NCBI GenBank assembly: GCA_040752575.1
Contig: JBFMGK010000026.1
Location: 1-19,019, forward strand
Source of the DNA: Candidatus Bipolaricaulota bacterium
GTDB taxonomy: Bacteria; Bipolaricaulota; Bipolaricaulia; UBA7950; UBA9294
DNA: 19,019 nucleotides
Direction of reading: 5' to 3'
The notes under the pieces are model-generated. The model was not told the origin of the DNA and did no database searches. It was given only the letters and a program-made list of their open reading frames with translations. The stretch's first letter is position 1. Each line of letters starts with the position of its first letter. Shown piece after piece: positions 6,857 to 17,952 of this stretch. The position numbers were made by a program, and so were the translations under genes.

Positions 6857-8114
6857 GAGACGGGGACTCGACAAGATCCAGTGGGCGACGGCCCACATGC
6901 CGCTCTGCGGGCAGATTGCGAAGGAGTTCGCCGAGGCCCGTCCGCTCGCCGGACGCCGCATCGCGATGTCGATTCATCTCGAGGCCAAGACCGCACGCCT
7001 CGCGATCTTGCTGCGTGACGCGGGAGCCCGCGTCTGGGTGACCGGCAGCAATCCTCTCTCGACGCAAGACGACGTGGCCGCGGCACTCGCACGCGAGGAG
7101 GGAGTCACCGTTCGCGCACGCCACGGCGTCAGCGCGGAGGAGTACCGCGAGCACATCCACGCAGTGGCCGGCGCGCGCCCGGATCTCGTTCTCGACGACG
7201 GAGGCGACCTGGTCGCGGCACTCCACGAGGGGAACCCCGACGGAGTGGTCGGCGGATGCGAGGAGACGACGACCGGCGTCTTGCGACTGCGTCGTCTCGC
7301 CGCCCTGAAACGCTTGGCGTTTCCGATGTTCGCGGTGAACGACACGCCGATGAAACGCCTGTTCGACAATCGCCACGGAACGGGGCAATCCGTCTGGGAC
7401 GCTCTGATGCGGTCGACGAACCTCCTCGTGGCGGGCAAGCGCGTTGTCATCGGCGGGTACGGCGAATGCGGACGCGGGATTGCCGACCGAGCGCGCGGCT
7501 TGGGCGCCCACGTGACCGTGTGCGAGGTGGATCCCGTCAAGGCACTCGAAGCCGTGATGTGCGGCCTGACGGTGGCGCCGATGGTCGAAGCCATTCGGCA
7601 TGCAGACATCGTGGTGACCGCGACCGGAGATGTCGACGTCGTCAGCGCGGACGCGCTCGCTGCAGCGCGGGACGGCGTGCTCCTCGCCAACGCCGGCCAC
7701 TTCAACGTCGAGGTGAACCTTGCCGCCCTCTCGGCGATGGCGACGTCTCGAAGGTTCGTGCGGCCGGGCGTCGAGGAAGTGACCTTCGCCGACGGACGCC
7801 GGGTGTTCTTGCTCGCCGAAGGTCGTCTGGTCAACCTCGCTCTCGGCGACGGCCACCCCGTGGAAATCATGGACCTGTCCTTCGCTCTGCAGGCGCTGAC
7901 CCTCCGGCACATCGCCGCCTCAGCCCCTCTTCCACCGGGCGTGTACGACGTGCCCGAGAGCGTCGATCGCGACGTCGCGGGGCGGAAACTCGCGGCCCTC
8001 GGCCTGCGCATTGACTCGCTCACGCCGGGGCAGCGCGAGTATCTCGGCATGGGTGTCGACGTGGGGACTCCACGGGACGGCGGTACAATGCGCGCACGAC
8101 GAGGTGAGTCATGA
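6849..8114 (+). CDS. ahcY: Adenosylhomocysteinase family hydrolase (short Thermotoga/archaeal-like type)
   Basis: Motifs IHLEAKTA, SNPLSTQDDVAAAL, DDGGDL, EETTTG, KRLFDNRHGTGQS, NAD-binding GYGECGRG, GRLVNL and GHPVEIMDLSF. SD AAGGAG; overlaps the DMT stop by 8 nt. Confidence 0.95.
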   Translation: MDERRGLDKIQWATAHMPLCGQIAKEFAEARPLAGRRIAMSIHLEAKTARLAILLRDAGARVWVTGSNPLSTQDDVAAALAREEGVTVRARHGVSAEEYREHIHAVAGARPDLVLDDGGDLVAALHEGNPDGVVGGCEETTTGVLRLRRLAALKRLAFPMFAVNDTPMKRLFDNRHGTGQSVWDALMRSTNLLVAGKRVVIGGYGECGRGIADRARGLGAHVTVCEVDPVKALEAVMCGLTVAPMVEAIRHADIVVTATGDVDVVSADALAAARDGVLLANAGHFNVEVNLAALSAMATSRRFVRPGVEEVTFADGRRVFLLAEGRLVNLALGDGHPVEIMDLSFALQALTLRHIAASAPLPPGVYDVPESVDRDVAGRKLAALGLRIDSLTPGQREYLGMGVDVGTPRDGGTMRARRGES

Positions 8115-9286
8115 TGCGAGCAACGTGGAAGCGAGCGGCAGCGTTCTTGATCCCGGCGGTTGTCCTCGTCTGCGCTGCAGGGATGGGCGGATCGCAGCAG
8201 CAGGTTCCGGATGGGTTATTCGACCCGCTGTACGACGTCTACCGCTACGTGCAGTCCTACTTCTACAAGCCTGAACAGGTCACCGACCAGGGCGCGCTGT
8301 ACGGCGCCATGAAGGGGATCGTGGAACAGCTCGACGACCCCTACAGCGAGTTTCTCGACCCGCAGGACCTCGCGGAGTTCAACGAGAGCCTCGAGGGCGA
8401 GTTCAGCGGCGTCGGGATCGAGATCTCGATCGAGGACGGCATCCTGACGGTGATCACCCCGCTCGTCGGCACGCCCGCGGAGGCCGCAGGCCTTGTCCCC
8501 GGCGATCAGATCCTCGCCATTGACGGAGAGAGCACCGAGGGGATTACGCTCTCGAAGGCCGGGACGCGGATCCGCGGCGAGACCGGGACGACGGTCGTCT
8601 TGACCCTGCGACGCGAGAATGGGTCGATCCTCGACGTTCCCATCGTTCGGGCGACGATCACCATCGCGCCGGTCGAGTGGGACGTGCTGGAGGACATCTC
8701 CATCGGCTACATCCGCATCCTGCGCTTTGAGTCGGACACGGTGGCCCAGGTGGATGAGGCCATCGACGGACTCGACCGATTCGCGGATCTCGACGGGGTG
8801 ATCCTCGACCTCCGGAACAATCCCGGAGGCCTCATGGCGGCGGCGATCTCCCTCTGCAGCCGGTTCGTCGACCAGGGCATCGTGCTGCGAACCTTGGACC
8901 GTGCGACCGGCGAGAAGATGTACTGGTCCAAGGGGAATGTCCTACCCAACCTGCCGCTTGCCGTGCTCATCAATCGCGGCACGGCGAGCGCCTCGGAAAT
9001 CACCGCCGGTGCGATCCGCGACAACGAGATGGGGATTCTCATCGGCAGTACGTCGTACGGCAAGGGCGTGTTCCAGCAGGTCATCGACTTCCCGGATGGC
9101 TCGGCGCTCAAAATCACGGCCGGCGAGTACTTCACGCCGTCCGGGCGTTCGGTGCACGAAGTCGGCCTTCCGCCGGATCTGGTGGTCGAGGAGGACGAAG
9201 ACCCGATCGACGTCGCCGTCTCGTGGATCCGCGAGCACGTCGGCCAGGAGATGCCGATCGATCTCGGGCCCGTGCCGACGCCATGA
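8111..9286 (+). CDS. ctpA: S41 family carboxyl-terminal processing protease with PDZ domain
   Basis: N-terminal signal/TM, LDDPYSEF, PDZ (GVGIEI...PAEAAGLVPGDQILAIDG), DLRNNPGG, TASASEI (catalytic Ser) and YGKG (catalytic Lys). SD GAGGTG; ATGA overlap with the ahcY stop. Confidence 0.93.
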   Translation: MMRATWKRAAAFLIPAVVLVCAAGMGGSQQQVPDGLFDPLYDVYRYVQSYFYKPEQVTDQGALYGAMKGIVEQLDDPYSEFLDPQDLAEFNESLEGEFSGVGIEISIEDGILTVITPLVGTPAEAAGLVPGDQILAIDGESTEGITLSKAGTRIRGETGTTVVLTLRRENGSILDVPIVRATITIAPVEWDVLEDISIGYIRILRFESDTVAQVDEAIDGLDRFADLDGVILDLRNNPGGLMAAAISLCSRFVDQGIVLRTLDRATGEKMYWSKGNVLPNLPLAVLINRGTASASEITAGAIRDNEMGILIGSTSYGKGVFQQVIDFPDGSALKITAGEYFTPSGRSVHEVGLPPDLVVEEDEDPIDVAVSWIREHVGQEMPIDLGPVPTP

Positions 9287-10275
9287 GGGTCGTCGTTCTC
9301 GGCGCCGGTGGCTGGGGAACGGCGTTCGCGCGGCTCACGGCGAACGCCGGCCACGAGACCGCGCTGTGGGCTCGCGATGCGGCGCTCGCCGCACGGCTTG
9401 CGTCGGCGCGAGAGAATGCCAAGTACCTGCCGGGGGTGTCGCTCCCCGAGGATCGCCTGCGCATCACCAACGACCTCTCTGTCGCCGTCGGGGCCGAGGC
9501 GATCTTCTTGGCCGTGCCGTCCGTCGGGATGCGCGACACGCTGACGCAATTAGCCGATGCCGGCTTTCGCGACGGCGTCATCGTAAGCCTGGCGAAGGGT
9601 CTCGATCGTCTGTCGCGACAGACGATGTCGGAGCTCATCCACGACCGGTTCGCCGACGCGCGGGTCTTCGCCCTGTCGGGGCCGAGCCACGCCGAAGAGG
9701 TCGGGAGAGACTTCCCGACGGCGGTCGTGCTCGCCGGGCGAGACCTCGTGCTGGGCAAGACACTGCAGGCAGCTCTGGCCACCGATCGCTTTCGCGTCTA
9801 CCTTTCGGACGATCTCCGCGGCGTTGAACTCTGCGCGGCGGTCAAGAACGTCATCGCCGTGGCCTCGGGCGTGTGCGACGGCCTGGGCTACGGCGACAAC
9901 AGCCGCGGCGCGCTCATCGCCCGCGGGCTTGCCGAAATGGTGCGGTTCGGTCGCGCGCTCGGCGTTCGCGAGGCGACGTTCTTCGGGCTCTCAGGACTCG
10001 GAGATCTCGTCGCGACCTGCACAAGCGAGCATAGCCGCAACCGTCGGGTCGGCGTGCTCCTCGGCCGCGGAGGGCGTCTCGAGGACGTCCTTGCCGGGAT
10101 GTCGATGGTCGCCGAGGGGGTCTTCGCGACGCGCGTCGTGCGTGACGTAGCGGCGGAGAAGGGCATCGAGATGCCGATCACCGAAGCTGTAGATCGGCTC
10201 TTGCGCGGCGAGGCCGACGCTCCGACGCTCGTGCGCGAGATCATGACGCGCGAGCCCAAGATCGAGGCGATCTAG
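9283..10275 (+). CDS. gpsA: NAD(P)H-dependent glycerol-3-phosphate dehydrogenase
   Basis: MRVVVLGAGGWGTA Rossmann motif, ENAKYLPG, AKG, LSGPSHAEEV, KNVIAVASG, GLGDLVATC..SRNR and AEGV. ATGA overlap with the ctpA stop. Confidence 0.96.
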   Translation: MRVVVLGAGGWGTAFARLTANAGHETALWARDAALAARLASARENAKYLPGVSLPEDRLRITNDLSVAVGAEAIFLAVPSVGMRDTLTQLADAGFRDGVIVSLAKGLDRLSRQTMSELIHDRFADARVFALSGPSHAEEVGRDFPTAVVLAGRDLVLGKTLQAALATDRFRVYLSDDLRGVELCAAVKNVIAVASGVCDGLGYGDNSRGALIARGLAEMVRFGRALGVREATFFGLSGLGDLVATCTSEHSRNRRVGVLLGRGGRLEDVLAGMSMVAEGVFATRVVRDVAAEKGIEMPITEAVDRLLRGEADAPTLVREIMTREPKIEAI

Positions 10276-10278
10276 CCC

Positions 10279-11496
10279 ATGCAAATCTACGACGTCCTCG
10301 TCGTCGGAGGCGGACCGATCGGTGCCGTCGCCGCGCGCTCCGCCGCAGAGGCCGGAGCCGGGGTCCTGCTCGTCGAGCGCCGTTCCGACGTGCACGGCCC
10401 CGCGTTGTGCACGGGACTCGTGAGCCCTCGATCCCTTGCCGTCTTGGGAGTCTCGGACGCGTGCGTCCTGCGTCGCGTGACGCGCGTCGAGGTCCACGGC
10501 CCGCGCGGCGCGGCGCTTCGCATCGCCGCGGCCGACGCCAAAGCCCTCGTCGTCGACCGGCTCGTCATGGAACGCGAACTCCTCGCGCGGGCCGCAGAGG
10601 TCGGGGTCGAAGTGCGGCTCGGCGCCGAGGCGGTCTCCACCGAAGAGGGATCGGTTCGCCTCCGCAGCGCGGAAGGAGAGCATCGCGAAGGGTTCCGCGT
10701 CCTCATCGGGGCCGATGGTCCCGAGAGCCACATTGCCGCATGGTACGGCGGGATGTCGCTCGACGTGCTCGCGCGCACAGCACAGGTCGAGGCGGAAGCT
10801 CCGACCCCGGAGGACGAACCCGTCGAAGTATTCCTGGGGCGAAGCGTCGCGCCGGGCTTCTTTGCTTGGAAGGTCCCTGCGGAGCCGGGGCGACTTCGCG
10901 TCGGCGTCGGCGTGTCGGGAAGCGAGGATCCGAGGCCGCACCTCACGCGACTGCTTGCCGAGCGATTCGGCAACGCTCGGGTGTTGACGCGAATCGAAGC
11001 GCCGATCCCGTGCCCAACCCTTGACCGAGCGGCCGCGGGAACGGCTTTTCTCGTCGGCGATGCCGCGGGGCACGTGAAGCCCCTCTCCGGCGGCGGGTTG
11101 TACTTCGGTGCTCTGTGCGCGCGGCGCGCCGGGCACCTTGCCGCAGCGGCGGCCGCGGGGCAAGACCTTCGCGAGGCCCTTCGCACGTACGACGCGGCCT
11201 GCCGTACCTTGTTGGGAACCGAGATACGTTTCGGGCTCGCGGCACGTCGGCAGTTCCTTTCCCTCGACGATGGCGAGGCCGACGCGCTCCTTTCTGCGCT
11301 CACGCATCCTGCTTTGGTGGCCTTGGCTGCCGAAGCAACCGACCTCGACTACCCGAGCCGCGTCGCAGCCCACGTCGCCGCCCATCCGCGGGCGTGGGGG
11401 CCTCTGCTGCGCGCGTGGTGTATCCTCCAAAGCGCACCGGAACTGGCATCGCCCGATGACGAAGGCGCTGTGCGCGGCTCGTGCGGCAACCTATAA
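10279..11496 (+). CDS. Geranylgeranyl reductase family FAD-dependent oxidoreductase
   Basis: YDVLVVGGGPIG FAD motif, PALCTG (conserved Cys), LIGADG, PGFFAWKVP (resembles PxxYxWxFP) and LVGDAAGHVKPLSGGG. Confidence 0.85.
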   Translation: MQIYDVLVVGGGPIGAVAARSAAEAGAGVLLVERRSDVHGPALCTGLVSPRSLAVLGVSDACVLRRVTRVEVHGPRGAALRIAAADAKALVVDRLVMERELLARAAEVGVEVRLGAEAVSTEEGSVRLRSAEGEHREGFRVLIGADGPESHIAAWYGGMSLDVLARTAQVEAEAPTPEDEPVEVFLGRSVAPGFFAWKVPAEPGRLRVGVGVSGSEDPRPHLTRLLAERFGNARVLTRIEAPIPCPTLDRAAAGTAFLVGDAAGHVKPLSGGGLYFGALCARRAGHLAAAAAAGQDLREALRTYDAACRTLLGTEIRFGLAARRQFLSLDDGEADALLSALTHPALVALAAEATDLDYPSRVAAHVAAHPRAWGPLLRAWCILQSAPELASPDDEGAVRGSCGNL

Positions 11497-11497
11497 T
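11492..11497 (+). promoter_or_regulatory. Perfect -10 box positioned for a leaderless transcript
   Basis: TATAAT followed by CCCCCC and then ATG at 11504. No SD; -35 region weak (TGTGCG). Confidence 0.55.
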
Positions 11498-11503
11498 CCC
11501 CCC

Positions 11504-13603
11504 ATGAACGCGGCAAAGAGGGCATCTTCGGCTAAGGCACCCCCGAGGCGAATCGGGCACGCTCGCGTTCTGGTCTATGCTCTCGCCGCGTTTGTCTTCG
11601 TGATCCCGCCATTCATCCTGCCGCAGGCGACCGAGTACGGCTACACGAAGACAATCCTCGCGTTCGTCCTGGTGACCGTTCTGCTCGCCCTCTGGGGGCT
11701 CGACGCGTGGCGCCGGGGAGAGATTCGGGTTCGGATCCCGTGGATTGTCTTCCCGTTCCTCGTGTTCGTTGCGGCGTCGCTGTTCTCGCTGCTCGGCGCG
11801 ATCAACGGGCGCGTCGTCGTGCAGAGTCTGGCCGTCGCCTCGTTCTTCTTCATCTTTCTTCTCTTGGTCGCCGACACGGTCCGCGAGAAGCGCGACGTAG
11901 CGCTGCTTTTGGGTTGTCTGACGGCCTCGGTCTCGCTCGTTTCGCTCTACGGCTTGCTGCAGTACGCGGGCGTCCTGCGCGGCCCCAGCGAGGGGACGGG
12001 GCTCAACCAGGTTATCTCCACCCTGGGCAACAAGGAGTACCTGAGCGGCTTCGTGGCGTATTCGCTCTTTCCGTCCGTCATCCTGCTCGTTCGGCTGCGC
12101 TCGCGCGCCCTACGCGTCGCCTCGGTCGCCCTCATCGCGTTCAACTTCGGTACGCTCCTCTTGGTCGAGCAGACCGGCGCGAACGTCGCCATGGTCGCCG
12201 GAGCCCTTGCGTGTCTGGTAGGCCTTGCCCTGTACCGCCCGATGGAGCCTCTGCGCAAGGCACGGGCCTGGCTCCTGGCCCTTGTTCTTGCCTGCGCGTT
12301 GGCCTTCCTCGTCGAAGCGCCGTCAGGCCCGCTGAACTCGCTCGTCGGACTTTCGGCTCCGAGCGAGGGTTCCTCGTGGATCGCCAGGGTCTGGGAGCAG
12401 AACTCCGGCCGCGCCCGCGCCTGGGACTGGTGGATCGGGCTGGAGATGCTCAAAGACAGCCCGTGGGTGGGCATCGGACTCGGCAACTACAAGCTGGCCT
12501 TCGTCCCGTACAAGGCCAAGTTCCTCGCGACGCCGCTGGGCGCGTCCTACGACTTCCACATTGCCCGCGCGGCGCAGGCACACAACGAGTACGTCCAGGC
12601 CGCGGCGGAACTCGGTGTCCTGGGGATCGTCGCCGTGCTCGGCTTTCTCATCGTTCTTCCAACGTCGCTCTTCGTTCGTCTCCGCAGGCAGGAAGAGGCC
12701 GAACGTTTGGACCTGATCCTCCTCGGTGCAGGGCTCGTCGTCGTCCTGGTCCACGCCCTCGTGAGCTTCCCCGCCCACCTTCCGGCGTCCAGCCTCGCCG
12801 CGTTGCTCACGTGCGGCGTTGCGCTCTCTCCAGCGTACGGCGATGCCGCGACGGTTCACGCGTCGCTGCGGCGCCGGGGGACGCGCGCAACCGTCATCGC
12901 TCTCGTTGCCGTCGGCGTGGGCGTTTCGATCGTCGGGGTGCGCGACCTCGCCGCCAACGTGCTCTTGGCTCAGGGCCTCCAAGAGCTGCGGCTCGGGAAT
13001 GTCACCGCGGCGACGGCGACGCTGGAGCGAAGTCTGGCGCTGGACTTCGCCCCTTCGGAAGTGCTTTACTACCTCGGCGCCGCGTACGCCCAGCAGGGCG
13101 ACATCGAGGCGGCGTTCGAGAGCTTCGAGAAGTGCCTGACGCGTTTCGTGGACGAGAGCACCTACCTCGCCTACGCCGAGCTCGCCGTCAACCTCGGCCG
13201 GACGTCGCTCGCCAAGGAGCAGCTCTCGCTCCTGCTTGCGTCGCGCCCGTCCGTCACCGTCGAACGAAAGGCGCGCTACGTACACGCTCTGGCGACGTCG
13301 AAGGAAGGTGACGTGGTCGGCGCGACGCGCGAACTCGAGGCACTCGTCGCTGATGCGCCGACGTTCGAGACCGCGAGAATCGCCCTCGCGAATGTCCTTG
13401 TGGCGCGGGGACTCACAGCCAGCGCGCGAACCGAGTACGAGAAGGCGCTGAAGCAGATCGAGCCTCGCCTCGCCCGCGCGGAAGAACAGCTTGCGAAACC
13501 CTCGACGATGACCGCCGCGGCCTACGCGGAACTGCGTTCGACGATCGCCACGCTGCGCACGGAACGGGACTTCGTCCGCGGGCGACTCGCCGCGCTTCCA
13601 TAG
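11504..13603 (+). CDS. O-antigen ligase (Wzy_C/WaaL-like) family membrane protein with C-terminal TPR repeats
   Basis: About 12-13 TM segments. STLGNKEY, R..W...MLKDSPWVGIGLGNY, AHNEYVQAAAELG and HALVSFP motifs. C-terminal TPR-like helices (YYLGAAYAQQGDIEAAFESFEK; RIALANVLVARG). Start moved from 11108 to ATG 11504, after the reductase stop. Confidence 0.85.
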   Translation: MNAAKRASSAKAPPRRIGHARVLVYALAAFVFVIPPFILPQATEYGYTKTILAFVLVTVLLALWGLDAWRRGEIRVRIPWIVFPFLVFVAASLFSLLGAINGRVVVQSLAVASFFFIFLLLVADTVREKRDVALLLGCLTASVSLVSLYGLLQYAGVLRGPSEGTGLNQVISTLGNKEYLSGFVAYSLFPSVILLVRLRSRALRVASVALIAFNFGTLLLVEQTGANVAMVAGALACLVGLALYRPMEPLRKARAWLLALVLACALAFLVEAPSGPLNSLVGLSAPSEGSSWIARVWEQNSGRARAWDWWIGLEMLKDSPWVGIGLGNYKLAFVPYKAKFLATPLGASYDFHIARAAQAHNEYVQAAAELGVLGIVAVLGFLIVLPTSLFVRLRRQEEAERLDLILLGAGLVVVLVHALVSFPAHLPASSLAALLTCGVALSPAYGDAATVHASLRRRGTRATVIALVAVGVGVSIVGVRDLAANVLLAQGLQELRLGNVTAATATLERSLALDFAPSEVLYYLGAAYAQQGDIEAAFESFEKCLTRFVDESTYLAYAELAVNLGRTSLAKEQLSLLLASRPSVTVERKARYVHALATSKEGDVVGATRELEALVADAPTFETARIALANVLVARGLTASARTEYEKALKQIEPRLARAEEQLAKPSTMTAAAYAELRSTIATLRTERDFVRGRLAALP

Positions 13604-13613
13604 GCCCTGCGCC

Positions 13614-13641
13614 TTGCGCAATGGGAATCGCGTCCTATACT
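13614..13641 (+). promoter_or_regulatory. Putative sigma70-type promoter of secA
   Basis: TTGCGC (13614-13619), 16-bp spacer, TATACT (13636-13641). ATG at 13658 has no clear SD. Confidence 0.55.
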
Positions 13642-13657
13642 GACCGCGTGACCCGCT

Positions 13658-16248
<2,591 letters not shown>

Positions 16249-16252
<4 letters not shown>

Positions 16253-17046
16253 TCAGCCGTTCCACAGGTGCCGAGCAGGAGCTCGTCGTCGCAGATACGC
16301 CGCTCCGAGAACAGCCGCACGAGATCGCTCGGCTGCGAACCCGCTTTCTCCCGCCCCCGCAGCTCGGTGACGACCTGCCCCTTGTGCAGCATGATCAGCC
16401 GCTCTCCGAGTGCAATCGCTTGCTCCATGTTGTGCGTGACCATGAGCGCCGTGAGCGCGAGGTCGTCGATGAATCGGCACGTCAACTCGGCAATCGCTTG
16501 CGCATTGCGCGGGTCGAGGGCCGCCGTGTGCTCGTCGAGCAAGAGGACGTCGGGCCGTGCGAGCGTGGCCATCAACACCGTGAGCGCCTGACGCTCCCCG
16601 CCCGAGAGAAGGGCGACACGGCACTCCATTCGCTCCTCCAAGCCGATTCCGAGAGAAGCCAGTTGCTCGCGGAACGCCCGCCGCGTCCGACGCGGAAGCG
16701 CCTGGCGAAGACCCCGCCGCGCCCGTCGCGACGCCAGCGCCAGGTTTTCGGCCACGGTCATCGACGGCGCCGTCCCCGCGAGCGGGTTCTGCAGGATGCG
16801 CCCGATCCGTCGGGCGCGCCGGAAGGCCGAGACGCCGGTGACGTCCTCGCCGTCCAACCAGACTCGTCCTTCGGTGGGAAGGAAGGCTCCGGCGATCAGC
16901 CCGAGGAGCGTGCTCTTGCCCGCGCCGTTCGAACCGATCACAGTCACAAACTCGCCGCGAGGGAGTTCGAGATCGACGTCGCGCAACGCGACGACCCGAT
17001 CCGCTCCGGTGCGAAACGTCTTGGAGACGCCGTCGAGTTTCAGCAC
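16249..17046 (-). CDS. ABC transporter ATP-binding protein (putative Trp/Tyr-type importer)
   Basis: GTG start (LKLDGVSKTF) overlapping the permease stop, with AAAGGAAG upstream. Walker A GSNGAGKS, signature LSGGERQ, Walker B LLLDEHTAALDP and H-loop VTHN. Confidence 0.93.
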
Positions 17047-17939
17047 GAGGCTTCCTTTCGCTTGCGCCGCTCGCGGAGCGCCGGCACCACGAGCGCGACG
17101 ACGACCAGGATGGCCGTAACGAGCTTGAGGTCGCTCGCCTGGAAACCCACCGTGTGTCCGTAGCGCAGCGCCAGCGCGACGGCGACGCGGTAGGCAATCG
17201 ACCCGACAAGAACGCCGGCCGTCATCCACACGACGCGATGCGACCGCACGAACGTCCCTCCGAGAATAACCGCCGCGAGGCCGGTGACGATCGTTCCGAT
17301 ACCCATCCCGACGTCGGCGAATCCGCTGTACTGAGCGACCAAGCCGCCGGACAGCGCGACCAGCCCGTTCGACAAGCCCAGCCCGACGACCTTCATCGTC
17401 TTCGTGTTCACCCCGTGCGCCGTCATCATCGCCTCGCTGTCCCCCGTGGCACGCAGTGCGAAACCGACCTCGGTCGCCAGGAAGAGGTCGAGAAGGACAG
17501 TGACGATCAGGGTCACGAGGACGAGAAACGCAAGGGTCGACCATATTCCCAGTCCCGAGAAGGCGCTCTCGACGGCGCGCATCGCCGTGGGCACCCGAAG
17601 GAGCGAGAGGTTCGGACGCCCCATGATGCGGAGGTTGACAGAGTAGAGCGCGATCATGGTCAAGACGCCAGCCAAGAGGTTGGTGATCCCCAGCCTCGTA
17701 TGGAGCCACCCCGTCAGAACTCCCGCGAAGACCCCCGCGGCGAAGGCCGCCGCGAGGGCCGTAAACGGGTCGGCCACCCCGCGCGTAAGGAGCAGGGCGG
17801 AGACGGCCGCGCCGGTGACGAAGCTCCCATCGACCGTAAGGTCCGGAAAGCTGAGGACCTTGTAGGTCAGGAAGACGCCGAGGGCGGCGATCCCGTACGC
17901 CAGCCCCTGTTCTATGGCGTGAATCCACAGCGCGGCCAT
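17040..17939 (-). CDS. ABC transporter permease (putative Trp/Tyr-type importer)
   Basis: ATG after GGGAGG. Motifs EQGLAYG, FPDLTVDGSF, LYSVNLRIMGRPN, GFALRATGD, GLGLSNGLVALSG, ADVGMGIG and DLKL are characteristic of this family. Confidence 0.92.
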   Translation of the reverse strand: MAALWIHAIEQGLAYGIAALGVFLTYKVLSFPDLTVDGSFVTGAAVSALLLTRGVADPFTALAAAFAAGVFAGVLTGWLHTRLGITNLLAGVLTMIALYSVNLRIMGRPNLSLLRVPTAMRAVESAFSGLGIWSTLAFLVLVTLIVTVLLDLFLATEVGFALRATGDSEAMMTAHGVNTKTMKVVGLGLSNGLVALSGGLVAQYSGFADVGMGIGTIVTGLAAVILGGTFVRSHRVVWMTAGVLVGSIAYRVAVALALRYGHTVGFQASDLKLVTAILVVVALVVPALRERRKRKEASC

Positions 17940-17952
17940 CGCACCTCCCGAG

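Noticed and set aside
11108..11503. N-terminal extensions in the ORF track (this one; also 5462-5980, 4995-5096, 9223-9282)
   Set aside because: They overlap upstream genes or regulatory hairpins and have no family motifs. Better-supported starts exist downstream.
17047..17928. 559-aa ORF 16249..17928 read as an extended ABC ATPase
   Set aside because: The N-terminal part is Arg/Gly-rich off-frame sequence overlapping the permease. The real start is GTG 17046, with an SD.
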